Origin: an uncultured bacterium
Lineage (GTDB): Bacteria; Krumholzibacteriota; Krumholzibacteriia; Krumholzibacteriales; Krumholzibacteriaceae
DNA: 64,000 nucleotides
Reading direction: 5' to 3'
Assembly: GCA_963786935.1 (NCBI GenBank)
Contig: CAWBAN010000002.1
Location: forward strand, 256,001-320,000
Of the stretch, positions 37,777-46,257 are shown in pieces (position 1 is the stretch's first letter; the number at the start of each line of letters is the position of its first letter). Below the pieces are notes generated by a model. That model saw only the letters and a list, made by a program, of their open reading frames with translations. It did no database searches and was not told the DNA's origin. Made by a program: the position numbers and the translations under genes.

Positions 37777-38652
37777 TCACTGATAGATGGTGCCCGTGTT
37801 GATGACCGGCGAAACCTCTCTATCGGACACGAGCGCGACCATGAGGTTATTCACCATGGCCGCTTTCTTTTCCTCGTCGAGGGTGACGATCTTCTGGTCG
37901 CTGAGAGCCTTCAGCGCCATGTCAACCATCCCGACGGCTCCCTCGACGATCTTCTGGCGCGCCGCGATGATCGCCTGCGCCTGCTGGCGGCGGAGCATCG
38001 CCTGCGCGATCTCGGGCGAATAGGCGAGGTGGCTGATCCGCGACTCGATCACGGTGACGCCGGCGACTTCGAGCCGGGTCTGCACCGTGTGCTTCATTCT
38101 CTCGGAAATCTCCTGCACGTTCCCGCGCAGCGACGCCTCGTCCTCCTTCTGCGTGTCGTACGGATACTCGGACGCGAGCGCCCGGATCGCCGTCTCGCTC
38201 TGGACGTCGACGAACTGGACGTAGTTGTCCACGTCGAAGAGCGCGCGGGCCGTGTCGACGACCTGCCACACGACGACCGCGGCGATCTCCACGGGATTCC
38301 CGTGCAGGTCGTTCACCTTGATCTTCTCGCTGTTGAAGTTCCGGATGCGCAGCGACACGCGCTTCCGGTCGGTGAACGGATTCACCCACCAGAATCCCGA
38401 GTCGCGGACGGAGCCGACGTACTTGCCGAAGAGGACGAGCACGCGCGCCTCGTTCGGCTGCACGACGGTGAGCCCCGCGGCCCACAGGATCGTGAGGAGG
38501 GTGAAGGGGACGAAGAACCAGAGGACGGCCACGTTGTTCGAAAGGATGCCCGCGCGCAGCACGTAGATGTCGATCGCGAGGAACGCGAAGAACATCAGAA
38601 GCGCGACGAACCCGTTGAACTTCGCGGCTCTGGTTTCGGTAACGGTTTGCAT
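37777..38652 (-). CDS. SPFH/band-7 domain membrane protein
   Basis: VQPNEARV..LFGKYVG, KVND..GNPVEIAAVVVW, LAYSPEIAQAMLRRQQA. Confidence 0.93.
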   Translation of the reverse strand: MQTVTETRAAKFNGFVALLMFFAFLAIDIYVLRAGILSNNVAVLWFFVPFTLLTILWAAGLTVVQPNEARVLVLFGKYVGSVRDSGFWWVNPFTDRKRVSLRIRNFNSEKIKVNDLHGNPVEIAAVVVWQVVDTARALFDVDNYVQFVDVQSETAIRALASEYPYDTQKEDEASLRGNVQEISERMKHTVQTRLEVAGVTVIESRISHLAYSPEIAQAMLRRQQAQAIIAARQKIVEGAVGMVDMALKALSDQKIVTLDEEKKAAMVNNLMVALVSDREVSPVINTGTIYQ

Positions 38653-38676
38653 AGGTCACCTCCGTCGGGTTAGGTT

Positions 38677-38715
38677 TGATATCATGATGATATCACGGTA
38701 ATATCATTCTGTCAA
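38677..38715 (-). promoter_or_regulatory. Promoter with three phased TGATATCA boxes
   Basis: TGATATCA at 38677 and 38688, TAATATCA at 38699 (11-bp period); minus-strand TTGACA-17-TATCAT. Confidence 0.8.
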
Positions 38716-38854
38716 GGGGGAAAATGAAGAATCGATCGTGGTTTCTCCGGTTGGTGCCGCATCGGCTCAGACCGCCATTGCGCCGACAATATTCCAGCTT
38801 CATGGAAACTTGTCCTGACAAACTTCCATAATGATAGATAATTGTCATGATAAG

Positions 38855-38945
38855 CGAGCTCTCGAAAAGCTGTTCGGGCGCGAGGTCGATCTTCTCCCAA
38901 CGCCGATCAAGAAGCCGTGGGCCTTGATCGAGGCGAAGCTGTTCG
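38855..38945 (+). pseudogene. Possible remnant of an MNT/HEPN toxin-antitoxin pair
   Basis: RALEKLFGREVDLL resembles MNT C-terminus; WALIEAKL resembles DUF86/HepT C-terminus. Confidence 0.3.
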
Positions 38946-39019
38946 ACACATCTCCGGCACGGTCGATGAGCTACCTTGCTGAACGGCTCAAAGCTCCTCA
39001 GAATGGAAGCGGCGATCTC

Positions 39020-39590
39020 TCACTTGAGCAGCACCATCTTCTTGGTCAGCGATCTCTTGCCCGCGGTGAGGCGATAGAAATATATCCCCGTGCCGGCGGC
39101 CGCACCCCGGCCGTCCCTCCCGTCCCAGGACACCTCGTTCGGTCCCGCCTCGCGCTCGCCGTCGAGGAGACATGCGACCTCCCGGCCGGCGCAGTCATAG
39201 ACCGCGAGCCTCACCCACTCCTTCGCCGGGAGATCGAACCGGATGGTCGTCACCGGATTGAAGGGATTCGGGTAGTTCTGGGCGAGCGCAAGCTCCAGAG
39301 TCGGGAGAGAGACGATGTCACTCTCGAAGAGAATCCTTCTCTTTCCGCCGGTCTCGATATCCACTCGGTACCGGTATGCGACCCCGGGCCGGCATGTCTC
39401 GTCGGAGCAGGTGAATGAGAGGCCGTCTCTCTGGAGAAAGGGGTGAATGAACTCCTCATAGTCCCCGCCCGATGAGCGAAGCACCGTGAACTTCGCATCG
39501 GCGTCCATTTCGGCGAGGCGCCACTCAATTACGATGCTCCGGCCCTGCGCTCGGATCGCGAAGCTCTGGAGGAGGGTCGCGACGGTCTGC
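39020..39590. repeat. Left conserved arm of module 1 (matches 46258-46828)
   Basis: Long shared DNA, e.g. GCACCATCTTCTTGGTCAGCGATCTCTTGCC and GAAGCTCTGGAGGAGGGTCGC. Confidence 0.9.
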
Positions 39591-41014
39591 CCGTCTCCGG
39601 TTATCCGCGCCGCGTAGGCCATGCCGTTCTGATCGGCGCCGTTTCTCATGTCCCGCCATGCGATGATGGCGCCACCCTCGCCGTTCTCCCTCATGCTCGA
39701 CAGGTACTGGCCGCCCGGGGCGCCGCAGACGTAGACCGTATCCGGCCAGAGTATGCTCCCTTCTCCGTCCACCCTCTGAGCGAAAATGTCCCAGAGGGCA
39801 TTCGAGCCCGGACCCTCCGTCCACGAGAGAATGGCCCCACCCTTTCCGTCTCGCACGATGCCGGGAACGGAGTAGCCGAAGCCGCTGGATACAGGGCCCA
39901 TATGAATCATCAGTCCGTCCGTTTGCCATCTCGCGTTCCCATCGGCAGTCACTCTCTGGGCGTAGATATCATCTCTATCGTTCCGGTTATCGAGCCATGA
40001 GATGATCGTCCCGCTGGCGTCGTCCGATGCCAAGTGAGGCCCAATCTGATCTCCCGGCGCCTGACAAACGGGCACACCACTATTGAGCCAGAGAATCGCC
40101 CCTGTAGAATCGAATCTCTGCGCGAATACTTCGTAGCCGCCGCCTCCTCCATATCCATTCCCATGCCACGCGACGATCCCACCCCCTTGCCCGTCCGCAA
40201 TGCAGCCGAGGGACCATTTGTAGTAATCGAATTCGCAGATACAGGCCCCTTGTTCATCCCACAGGAGGTTCCCCTCCCTATCCAGACGCTGAGCGTAGAT
40301 GTAGTGGCTCAAGAAGCCGTACCGCTCATCATGCCACGCGAGAATCACTCCGCCCTTCGTGTCGGAGATCATATGCGGCCAATCCTGCCATCCCAGCGTG
40401 GGGCAGACGTTCAGTCCGGCCGGCGCCCAAAGGAGATTGCCGTCACCGTCGAGCTTCTGGCAATAGACCTGCCCGTAACCCCAGCGGTCATCCCTCCAGG
40501 CGATGAAGAAGTTCCCGTGCCCGTCCGGTACGACTTGTGGCATATACTCAGGATCATTGCTCGTGCATACCAACACACCATTCGGCGTCCACCGGATATT
40601 GCCCGCTCCATCGAGTCGCTGGGCGTAGATCTTGAAGTACTGATCCCGCTGGTCGCGCCAGGCGATGATCACCCCGCCCTCGCCGTCTTGAACGATGACA
40701 GGATCCGCTTGACCCCCCGGGACTACACAGATTGGCACGCCCTCGGGGTTCCACAAGTTGTTACCGTCTATGTCCAAGCGTTGGGCGAAGATATCGAAGT
40801 CCCAATCAACGCCTGACCGTATTTCATACCAGGCGAAGAATGCCCCCCCGGTTCCATCCGTGGCGATATGTGCATACCACTGATCGCTAGAATACTGACA
40901 GAGCACCACACCGTTTTTGATCCACTCAGCGCGGAGCCCCGGGTGAGCCGGAGATAGCGCCGCCACAAAAGCGAGAGCACCCAATGCGAATGCCCGCCGA
41001 CACTTCGCCTTCAT
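39020..41014 (-). CDS. 8-repeat beta-propeller protein with T9SS-A/FlgD-like CTD, copy 1
   Basis: Signal peptide; 8x W...G..vC...DG.GG....W.D.R...IYAQR....G; QNYPNPFNP CTD. Confidence 0.85.
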   Translation of the reverse strand: MKAKCRRAFALGALAFVAALSPAHPGLRAEWIKNGVVLCQYSSDQWYAHIATDGTGGAFFAWYEIRSGVDWDFDIFAQRLDIDGNNLWNPEGVPICVVPGGQADPVIVQDGEGGVIIAWRDQRDQYFKIYAQRLDGAGNIRWTPNGVLVCTSNDPEYMPQVVPDGHGNFFIAWRDDRWGYGQVYCQKLDGDGNLLWAPAGLNVCPTLGWQDWPHMISDTKGGVILAWHDERYGFLSHYIYAQRLDREGNLLWDEQGACICEFDYYKWSLGCIADGQGGGIVAWHGNGYGGGGGYEVFAQRFDSTGAILWLNSGVPVCQAPGDQIGPHLASDDASGTIISWLDNRNDRDDIYAQRVTADGNARWQTDGLMIHMGPVSSGFGYSVPGIVRDGKGGAILSWTEGPGSNALWDIFAQRVDGEGSILWPDTVYVCGAPGGQYLSSMRENGEGGAIIAWRDMRNGADQNGMAYAARITGDGQTVATLLQSFAIRAQGRSIVIEWRLAEMDADAKFTVLRSSGGDYEEFIHPFLQRDGLSFTCSDETCRPGVAYRYRVDIETGGKRRILFESDIVSLPTLELALAQNYPNPFNPVTTIRFDLPAKEWVRLAVYDCAGREVACLLDGEREAGPNEVSWDGRDGRGAAAGTGIYFYRLTAGKRSLTKKMVLLK

Positions 41015-41081
41015 TCCAATCCTCAAGCGGCTTGTATCTGTTGCTCGGTTCTTGGCATAGAGATCTCTGCCCCTTAGAATG

Positions 41082-41169
41082 ATTTTACGGCATTGTGCCC
41101 TCACATTCAACGATAATCCACGCCACTCAAGAATACTGCTTGTTTTCAAGAGCGATCAACTGGTATCAT
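41082..41169. promoter_or_regulatory. Divergent promoters of module 1
   Basis: Minus strand TTGAAT-17-TAAAAT; plus strand extended -10 TGGTATCAT. Confidence 0.5.
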
Positions 41170-41279
41170 GCTTGTGGCTCGAAACCTAGGACAACACCAC
41201 ATCTAAGCCCATGCCGGATTGAGCGCGATGCGCTCTCAGCACGAGGTAGTCCTGTCCTTCCACTCGATGGAGCTGCGAG

Positions 41280-44200
41280 ATGGTCCGCGCGATCTTTGCC
41301 TGCGCCCTTGGGCGGTTTCTCGCGATCGCCGCTCTTGCAGCGATCCTGCTTGTGCCCCGGCAAGCGATCGGCGCAATTCCCGGCGTTGTCTTGGTAAAGG
41401 TCAGGGAATTGCCCGGTGAGCAAGCCATGTTTTGGAAGGAGGGGGATGAGTTTGCTACTTCTTTGGGTCCTGCTGGCTTGTCCGAGTTGGCGAGATCCGG
41501 CCTTGAGGGGATGCGGGTCGTCAGTCGCCGAAAAAACGTTACACTCTATGCGCTCATGTTCAATTCGGTGGGCAAGGAACGAGATGTAATAAGCTATCTG
41601 AAGTGTAAGCCTGGCGTGATTGATGCCACGCGCGACTACCCGCTGACATTCCTGGCGGAGCCCAACGATTTCTACTACCAGCCGGATTCAACGGACTATA
41701 GCAAGCATTGGGTCAAAGACGAAATAAACCATTATCTTCATAATAGTGTTGAAGCAACAATCTGCAAGGAAAGATACGATCCTGCTGATGTCTTCTATTG
41801 CTGCTGCGAGATTCCATGCGACGATACCCAGAGCTACACCTTGTCGATCCGCGACTCAATTCATATGAATGATCAGTGGTATCTGCAACGGGCCAGAGTC
41901 AATAAGGCCTGGGACATAGAAAGAGGGGAAAGCTCAGTCAAGATCCTGGTTGTCGACTCGGGCATTGACATCCAACACCCCGATCTTGATGGCCACATTT
42001 GGGACAACTCATCCGTCGACGGCATCTGGGACATGAACCATGACGGCCTGCCGGGGGGAGGCTACGGATTCAACAATTCGGTGCTCGACAGGGATATAAA
42101 CGGCGATGATAAGAACCTCTTCGGCTCTGATCATTTATGCGACTGTGGGCCCGACGGGGACTATGGATTCGGGCCGAACGGTATTGACGATCTTGATAGT
42201 CTCGGGAACTTTGGCCCTGGAGGCGGCGACGATGATCTGGGGCCTAAGTGGGCGGATAATCCTCGGGGACCGGGCTCACAGCATCCAGAGATTCCATTCA
42301 ATGATGATCGCGAAGATATCGTATTCATGCGGTGCGACGATGACGGCAATGGATATCCGGACGACACATACGGAGTGAACCTATATGACCTTGTTCAGGA
42401 TTTCGGAGCAAATGGGCATCCCGATGGTCTGCCCGGTATCCAAGGGGCGTTGGATAGTATCCAGGGATGGGGAAGTGGTGACATAGACAAGGATAGCCTC
42501 AGGCATTTCAACGATCTCCAGGTAAGAATGGCCGATTTTGATCAAGATGGCGTACCTCTATGCGGTCCCGATGACACCTGCGACGCCGGCCTTGATGGCG
42601 ACTACGGCTTCGGACCCAATGGCATAGACGATCTAGACGAATACGGCAATCCCGGTCCCGGCAGTGGGGATGATGATCTGGGCCCCAAATGGGCGGACAA
42701 TACTAGGGGTCCCGGGACGCCACGCCCCTTCGACGACGACATGGACGACATCCGCTTCATGCGTTATGACAGCGACGAGGACGGCAATCCCTTTGAAGCC
42801 CCACGTGATGACGGTTGTCCCAAGGAATGGGGGTGCCACGGGACGCAGATGGCGGGCATCATCGGAGCGGAAACGAATAACGAAATAGGCGTAGCCGGCT
42901 ATGCCTGGAGCTGCGCGCTGGTTGCCGCCAAAGTTGCAGTCGGATACCCAGAGCAAGAGTACAAGAGGCTGCCGATAAACACGCGAGACCTCTCGGCCGC
43001 GCTCGATAGACTCATTGGAGCGTTGGATTATGCTCTGGAGAAGGACGTCGATATCGTCAATATGAGCCTTGGTAATTACGCAGACTCGAACGATAACTTC
43101 CTAGATGATCCCGAGCTGCAGGCAAAGATAACGGAATGCCATGATGCCGGTATTGTTCTCGTTGCGGGCGGGGGCAATAGGAATGACACTATATACTGTT
43201 ATCCCGCCTCCCTTAACAACGTGATCTCGGCGGCCGGGGCGAATAGGTTCGAGCTCAAGGCGGTTGACGTGAACTTCAACGACAGAGTAGATATCTGCGC
43301 GCCTACGGCGGATGTGTGGAGTGAGCCCGACCAAGGCCGTGGGGACAACTGCATGACGACCGCATTCTCAAATAATCCAGCTAACCTCGGATTGGGCGCA
43401 TGTCAGGTCAATTGCCACGGCTATGCAAATTGCGCTATTCAGACGTCCGGTGCCACGGCTCAGGTTTCGGGCCTGGCCGCGCTTCTCGTATCATTTTACC
43501 CCCGAAGCAGATTCCATCAAATGTTTCCCGATTCGACTGCGGACGGCTGCTATGCGAACTTCATAGAACGGGAGATAAAGCGAGGGTGCGTTCCGTTGCC
43601 GAACGAACCGCTCTATTGGGAGGGAAAACTCGGCGCCGGTCGCATAGATGCCTACAGATCGCTAACGCAGTGGGGATCGATCACGGAAGACGCCGTTTGG
43701 AATGAAAGCGTATACGTTAGTGGAGACCTTCGGATTGAAGAGGGAGCTACCCTCACGATCTTGCCAGGGACAACGGTGTATATCTCCACCGAGGACGATG
43801 GAGACCTGTGGGTCGATTCAACGAGGGTCGCGATACTGGTTTACGGCACCCTGAATGCGAACGGCACGGCCCAGAATCCTATCGTCTTCAAGTCATGGAG
43901 CGATAGTCCTTCTGCCGGCGACTGGTACGGCATCTGGTACAAAGGGGAAAACGCCTCGGGCTCCCTCTCGCACTGCAGTATTCAAGACGCCAAGTATGGG
44001 GTATCGAGCGACGCGACGATCGAGATGCGGGACTGCGAGGTGACGAACAGCCTCGTGGCGGGGATCTATCTCTACGACGACATGGACGGCCAGAGCGTCA
44101 TCAACAACGAGAGCGTCATCGAACGCTGCACGATCAGCGAGAACGATTACGCGGGCGCCTCGGCTATGCGTATCTGGAACTGCCCCCTCGAGATCGAGGT

Positions 44201-45062
44201 TGATAGCTGCACGGTGAACATGAACTACCGGGGCCTCTGGGTCAGCAATGCCCGGCCGACGATATCGTGGTGCGAGATAGCCTGCAATCAGGAGGATGGG
44301 ATCTGGGTAACGAGCTACCAAGATTCTCAGCCTCCGTATCCCACGATCAGTCATTGCTATCTTGAGGGGAATGGCGAGACGGGCATCCACTGCGAGTACA
44401 ACAAGGCGCAGGTGACCTACACGAAGATCTGGGAGAACGAGAGCTACGGTCTTCTGGCCTACGGGGTGGACGCCTACCCCGAGATCGATCACTCGAAAAT
44501 CATCAGCAACATGCTTGCGGGTGTGAGGGCGGAGGCCGGGGGAACGGCAGTGCTCGGGAACGTCGCCCTCGGGAAGGGGCAGAACAACTCGCTCTACGGG
44601 CAGACGAAAAACGTGTACAACGCGAACGCCTCTACGCTCTACGCTGAGAACTGTTGGTGGGGCGCCGTGCCCCCCGATCACGCGAAGATGTACGGCCCGG
44701 TGGACTACACGCCCTACCTCACGAGCGATCCGGTGCCGAACCTCGCCCCGGCGAGGCAAAGCAAGATGCCGCCCATATTCTCCCTCGCCCAGAACTATCC
44801 GAACCCCTTCGGCATCGGTTCGGAGGCGACCTCGATCCGGTTCTCGGTTCCCTCGTCGAGCGAACGAGCGGTTCTGAGAGTCTACGACGTCTCGGGGAGG
44901 CTCGTGCGGACGCTCGTGAACGGCATTCGGGAGGGTGACAGCTATATCGCCACATGGGATGGAAGAAACGAGCGGGGCGCGAGGGTGGCTGCCGGTATCT
45001 ACTTCTACAGACTTCAGCATGGGCCGAAGATAATGACGAAGAAAATGGTACTTTTCAGATGA
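41280..45062 (+). CDS. Large S8 (subtilase) protease with Asp/Gly repeat insert, beta-helix and CTD, copy 1
   Basis: Signal peptide; VVDSG, HGTQMAG, VNMSLG, AGGGN, QTSGA, GAGRIDA; ENCWWG; QNYPNPF CTD. Confidence 0.88.
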   Translation: MVRAIFACALGRFLAIAALAAILLVPRQAIGAIPGVVLVKVRELPGEQAMFWKEGDEFATSLGPAGLSELARSGLEGMRVVSRRKNVTLYALMFNSVGKERDVISYLKCKPGVIDATRDYPLTFLAEPNDFYYQPDSTDYSKHWVKDEINHYLHNSVEATICKERYDPADVFYCCCEIPCDDTQSYTLSIRDSIHMNDQWYLQRARVNKAWDIERGESSVKILVVDSGIDIQHPDLDGHIWDNSSVDGIWDMNHDGLPGGGYGFNNSVLDRDINGDDKNLFGSDHLCDCGPDGDYGFGPNGIDDLDSLGNFGPGGGDDDLGPKWADNPRGPGSQHPEIPFNDDREDIVFMRCDDDGNGYPDDTYGVNLYDLVQDFGANGHPDGLPGIQGALDSIQGWGSGDIDKDSLRHFNDLQVRMADFDQDGVPLCGPDDTCDAGLDGDYGFGPNGIDDLDEYGNPGPGSGDDDLGPKWADNTRGPGTPRPFDDDMDDIRFMRYDSDEDGNPFEAPRDDGCPKEWGCHGTQMAGIIGAETNNEIGVAGYAWSCALVAAKVAVGYPEQEYKRLPINTRDLSAALDRLIGALDYALEKDVDIVNMSLGNYADSNDNFLDDPELQAKITECHDAGIVLVAGGGNRNDTIYCYPASLNNVISAAGANRFELKAVDVNFNDRVDICAPTADVWSEPDQGRGDNCMTTAFSNNPANLGLGACQVNCHGYANCAIQTSGATAQVSGLAALLVSFYPRSRFHQMFPDSTADGCYANFIEREIKRGCVPLPNEPLYWEGKLGAGRIDAYRSLTQWGSITEDAVWNESVYVSGDLRIEEGATLTILPGTTVYISTEDDGDLWVDSTRVAILVYGTLNANGTAQNPIVFKSWSDSPSAGDWYGIWYKGENASGSLSHCSIQDAKYGVSSDATIEMRDCEVTNSLVAGIYLYDDMDGQSVINNESVIERCTISENDYAGASAMRIWNCPLEIEVDSCTVNMNYRGLWVSNARPTISWCEIACNQEDGIWVTSYQDSQPPYPTISHCYLEGNGETGIHCEYNKAQVTYTKIWENESYGLLAYGVDAYPEIDHSKIISNMLAGVRAEAGGTAVLGNVALGKGQNNSLYGQTKNVYNANASTLYAENCWWGAVPPDHAKMYGPVDYTPYLTSDPVPNLAPARQSKMPPIFSLAQNYPNPFGIGSEATSIRFSVPSSSERAVLRVYDVSGRLVRTLVNGIREGDSYIATWDGRNERGARVAAGIYFYRLQHGPKIMTKKMVLFR

Positions 45063-45628
45063 TGTGGGAGGGAGAGATCATGCCGAGAAACGTTATACTC
45101 ATTCTTGTGCTTTCGATCGTGCTCGCGGCCGCGAGTCTTCAGGCGAATGAGATTGTCCTATCCCCTTCCAAGGTCGAGATGATTACCTCGCCGACGGACG
45201 CAAAGGACACGAGAGTGCTCGTATATTTCGAGCTTTCGAAGGAGCTCTTCGACAAGAAGGTCGTGATCGACAATGCCCTGCTCGTATTTGAGGCGCAGCT
45301 CACAGACGCGGAGTTCGCATTGATCCACCTCTTTCCCGCGACGAGAGCATGGCAGACCGAGGCGAGCGTGACGTGGGACTCGCCGTGGGAGAAGGCGGGC
45401 GGAGACTTCACGGACCGGATTGCGGGCAAGTGCGTGACGCTCAAATCCGCCGAAGCAGGGAAAGAAACGATCTCCGACCTTACGTTCGTCGTGATGGACT
45501 GGGTGTCGGGGAGGCTCGCCAATAACGGGCTCATTCTCGTGCCGTCGCAGGCCGATCTCTCGGAGTCGAGCGCCGCGTTCTCATTCGACAAACTGAGCCT
45601 GAAGCTCGAGATCGAGTACACGAAATAG
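43560..45628. repeat. Right conserved arm of module 1 (matches about 50743-52815)
   Basis: Near-identical DNA over beta-helix, CTD and small downstream gene, e.g. CTCTACGACGACATGGACGGCCAGAGCGTCATCAACAACGAGAGCGTCATCGAACGC. Confidence 0.92.
45080..45628 (+). CDS. Small exported DNRLRE-like protein, copy 1
   Basis: Signal peptide; TRAW....VTW..PW..AGGDF, DLTFVV.DWVSG...NNGLIL. Confidence 0.7.
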   Translation: MPRNVILILVLSIVLAAASLQANEIVLSPSKVEMITSPTDAKDTRVLVYFELSKELFDKKVVIDNALLVFEAQLTDAEFALIHLFPATRAWQTEASVTWDSPWEKAGGDFTDRIAGKCVTLKSAEAGKETISDLTFVVMDWVSGRLANNGLILVPSQADLSESSAAFSFDKLSLKLEIEYTK

Positions 45629-45657
45629 CCGCGCCCCTAGAAGTTGTAGCTTCATGC

Positions 45658-45687
45658 AAAGAGGGCTCCGCCGTCGGAGCCCTCTTT
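45658..45687. terminator. Bidirectional intrinsic terminator
   Basis: AAAGAGGGCTCCG-CCGT-CGGAGCCCTCTTT between convergent genes. Confidence 0.8.
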
Positions 45688-45725
45688 CCCGTGGGGTCTC
45701 TCACGGACTGCGGCGGTGGGCGCCG

Positions 45726-46250
45726 CTACTCCTGCATGAACAGGTTCGCGAACACCTTCGCGTCGCCGACCATGTTGTCGACGATCGTGTACTCGGTCGG
45801 CTGATGCGCGACCTCGTCGATCTTGGACCAGACGACCGCGCCGAAGCCGTGCCGCCTGAAAAACGCCGCCACCGTCCCGCCGCCGATGCCCTTCGGCTTC
45901 GCCTTCACCTTGTAGACGGCCTTGATCGCGGCCGAGAGGGCGAGCACGACGGGCGCGTCGGGCGGAGTCGCTGGCGCCGCGTCCTCGCGCTGCGCGGCGT
46001 TGGTCGTGATCTTCACGCCGAACTTCTCCTCGATCTCCTTGATCATTCCCTTGATCGCGTCGTAGACCGTGTCGAGCTTGATCTCGGGGAGGACGCGCAT
46101 GTCGATATAGATGACGTCGTCCCCGGGGATCGTGTTGATGTTGGGGACGTTCGCCTCTTTCTTCGTGGGCTCGAAGGTGCTGATCGGGGGATCGAAGACC
46201 TGGTTCTTCTGAGGAAAGAGGTTTTGGAGCTTCGTATCGATTGATTCAAT
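45726..46250 (-). pseudogene. 3' fragment of M20 family (DapE/ArgE-like) metallohydrolase
   Basis: FDPPISTFEPTKKEANVPNINTIPGDD...DMRVLP...GIGGGTVAA...AHQPTEY; N-terminal metal-binding half absent, abuts stop codon of next gene. Confidence 0.85.
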
Positions 46251-46257
46251 CGAGCAG

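Noticed and set aside
38831..39418. 195-aa plus-strand ORF
   Set aside because: Most of it is antisense to the propeller CTD; only the first 40 codons are considered as a remnant
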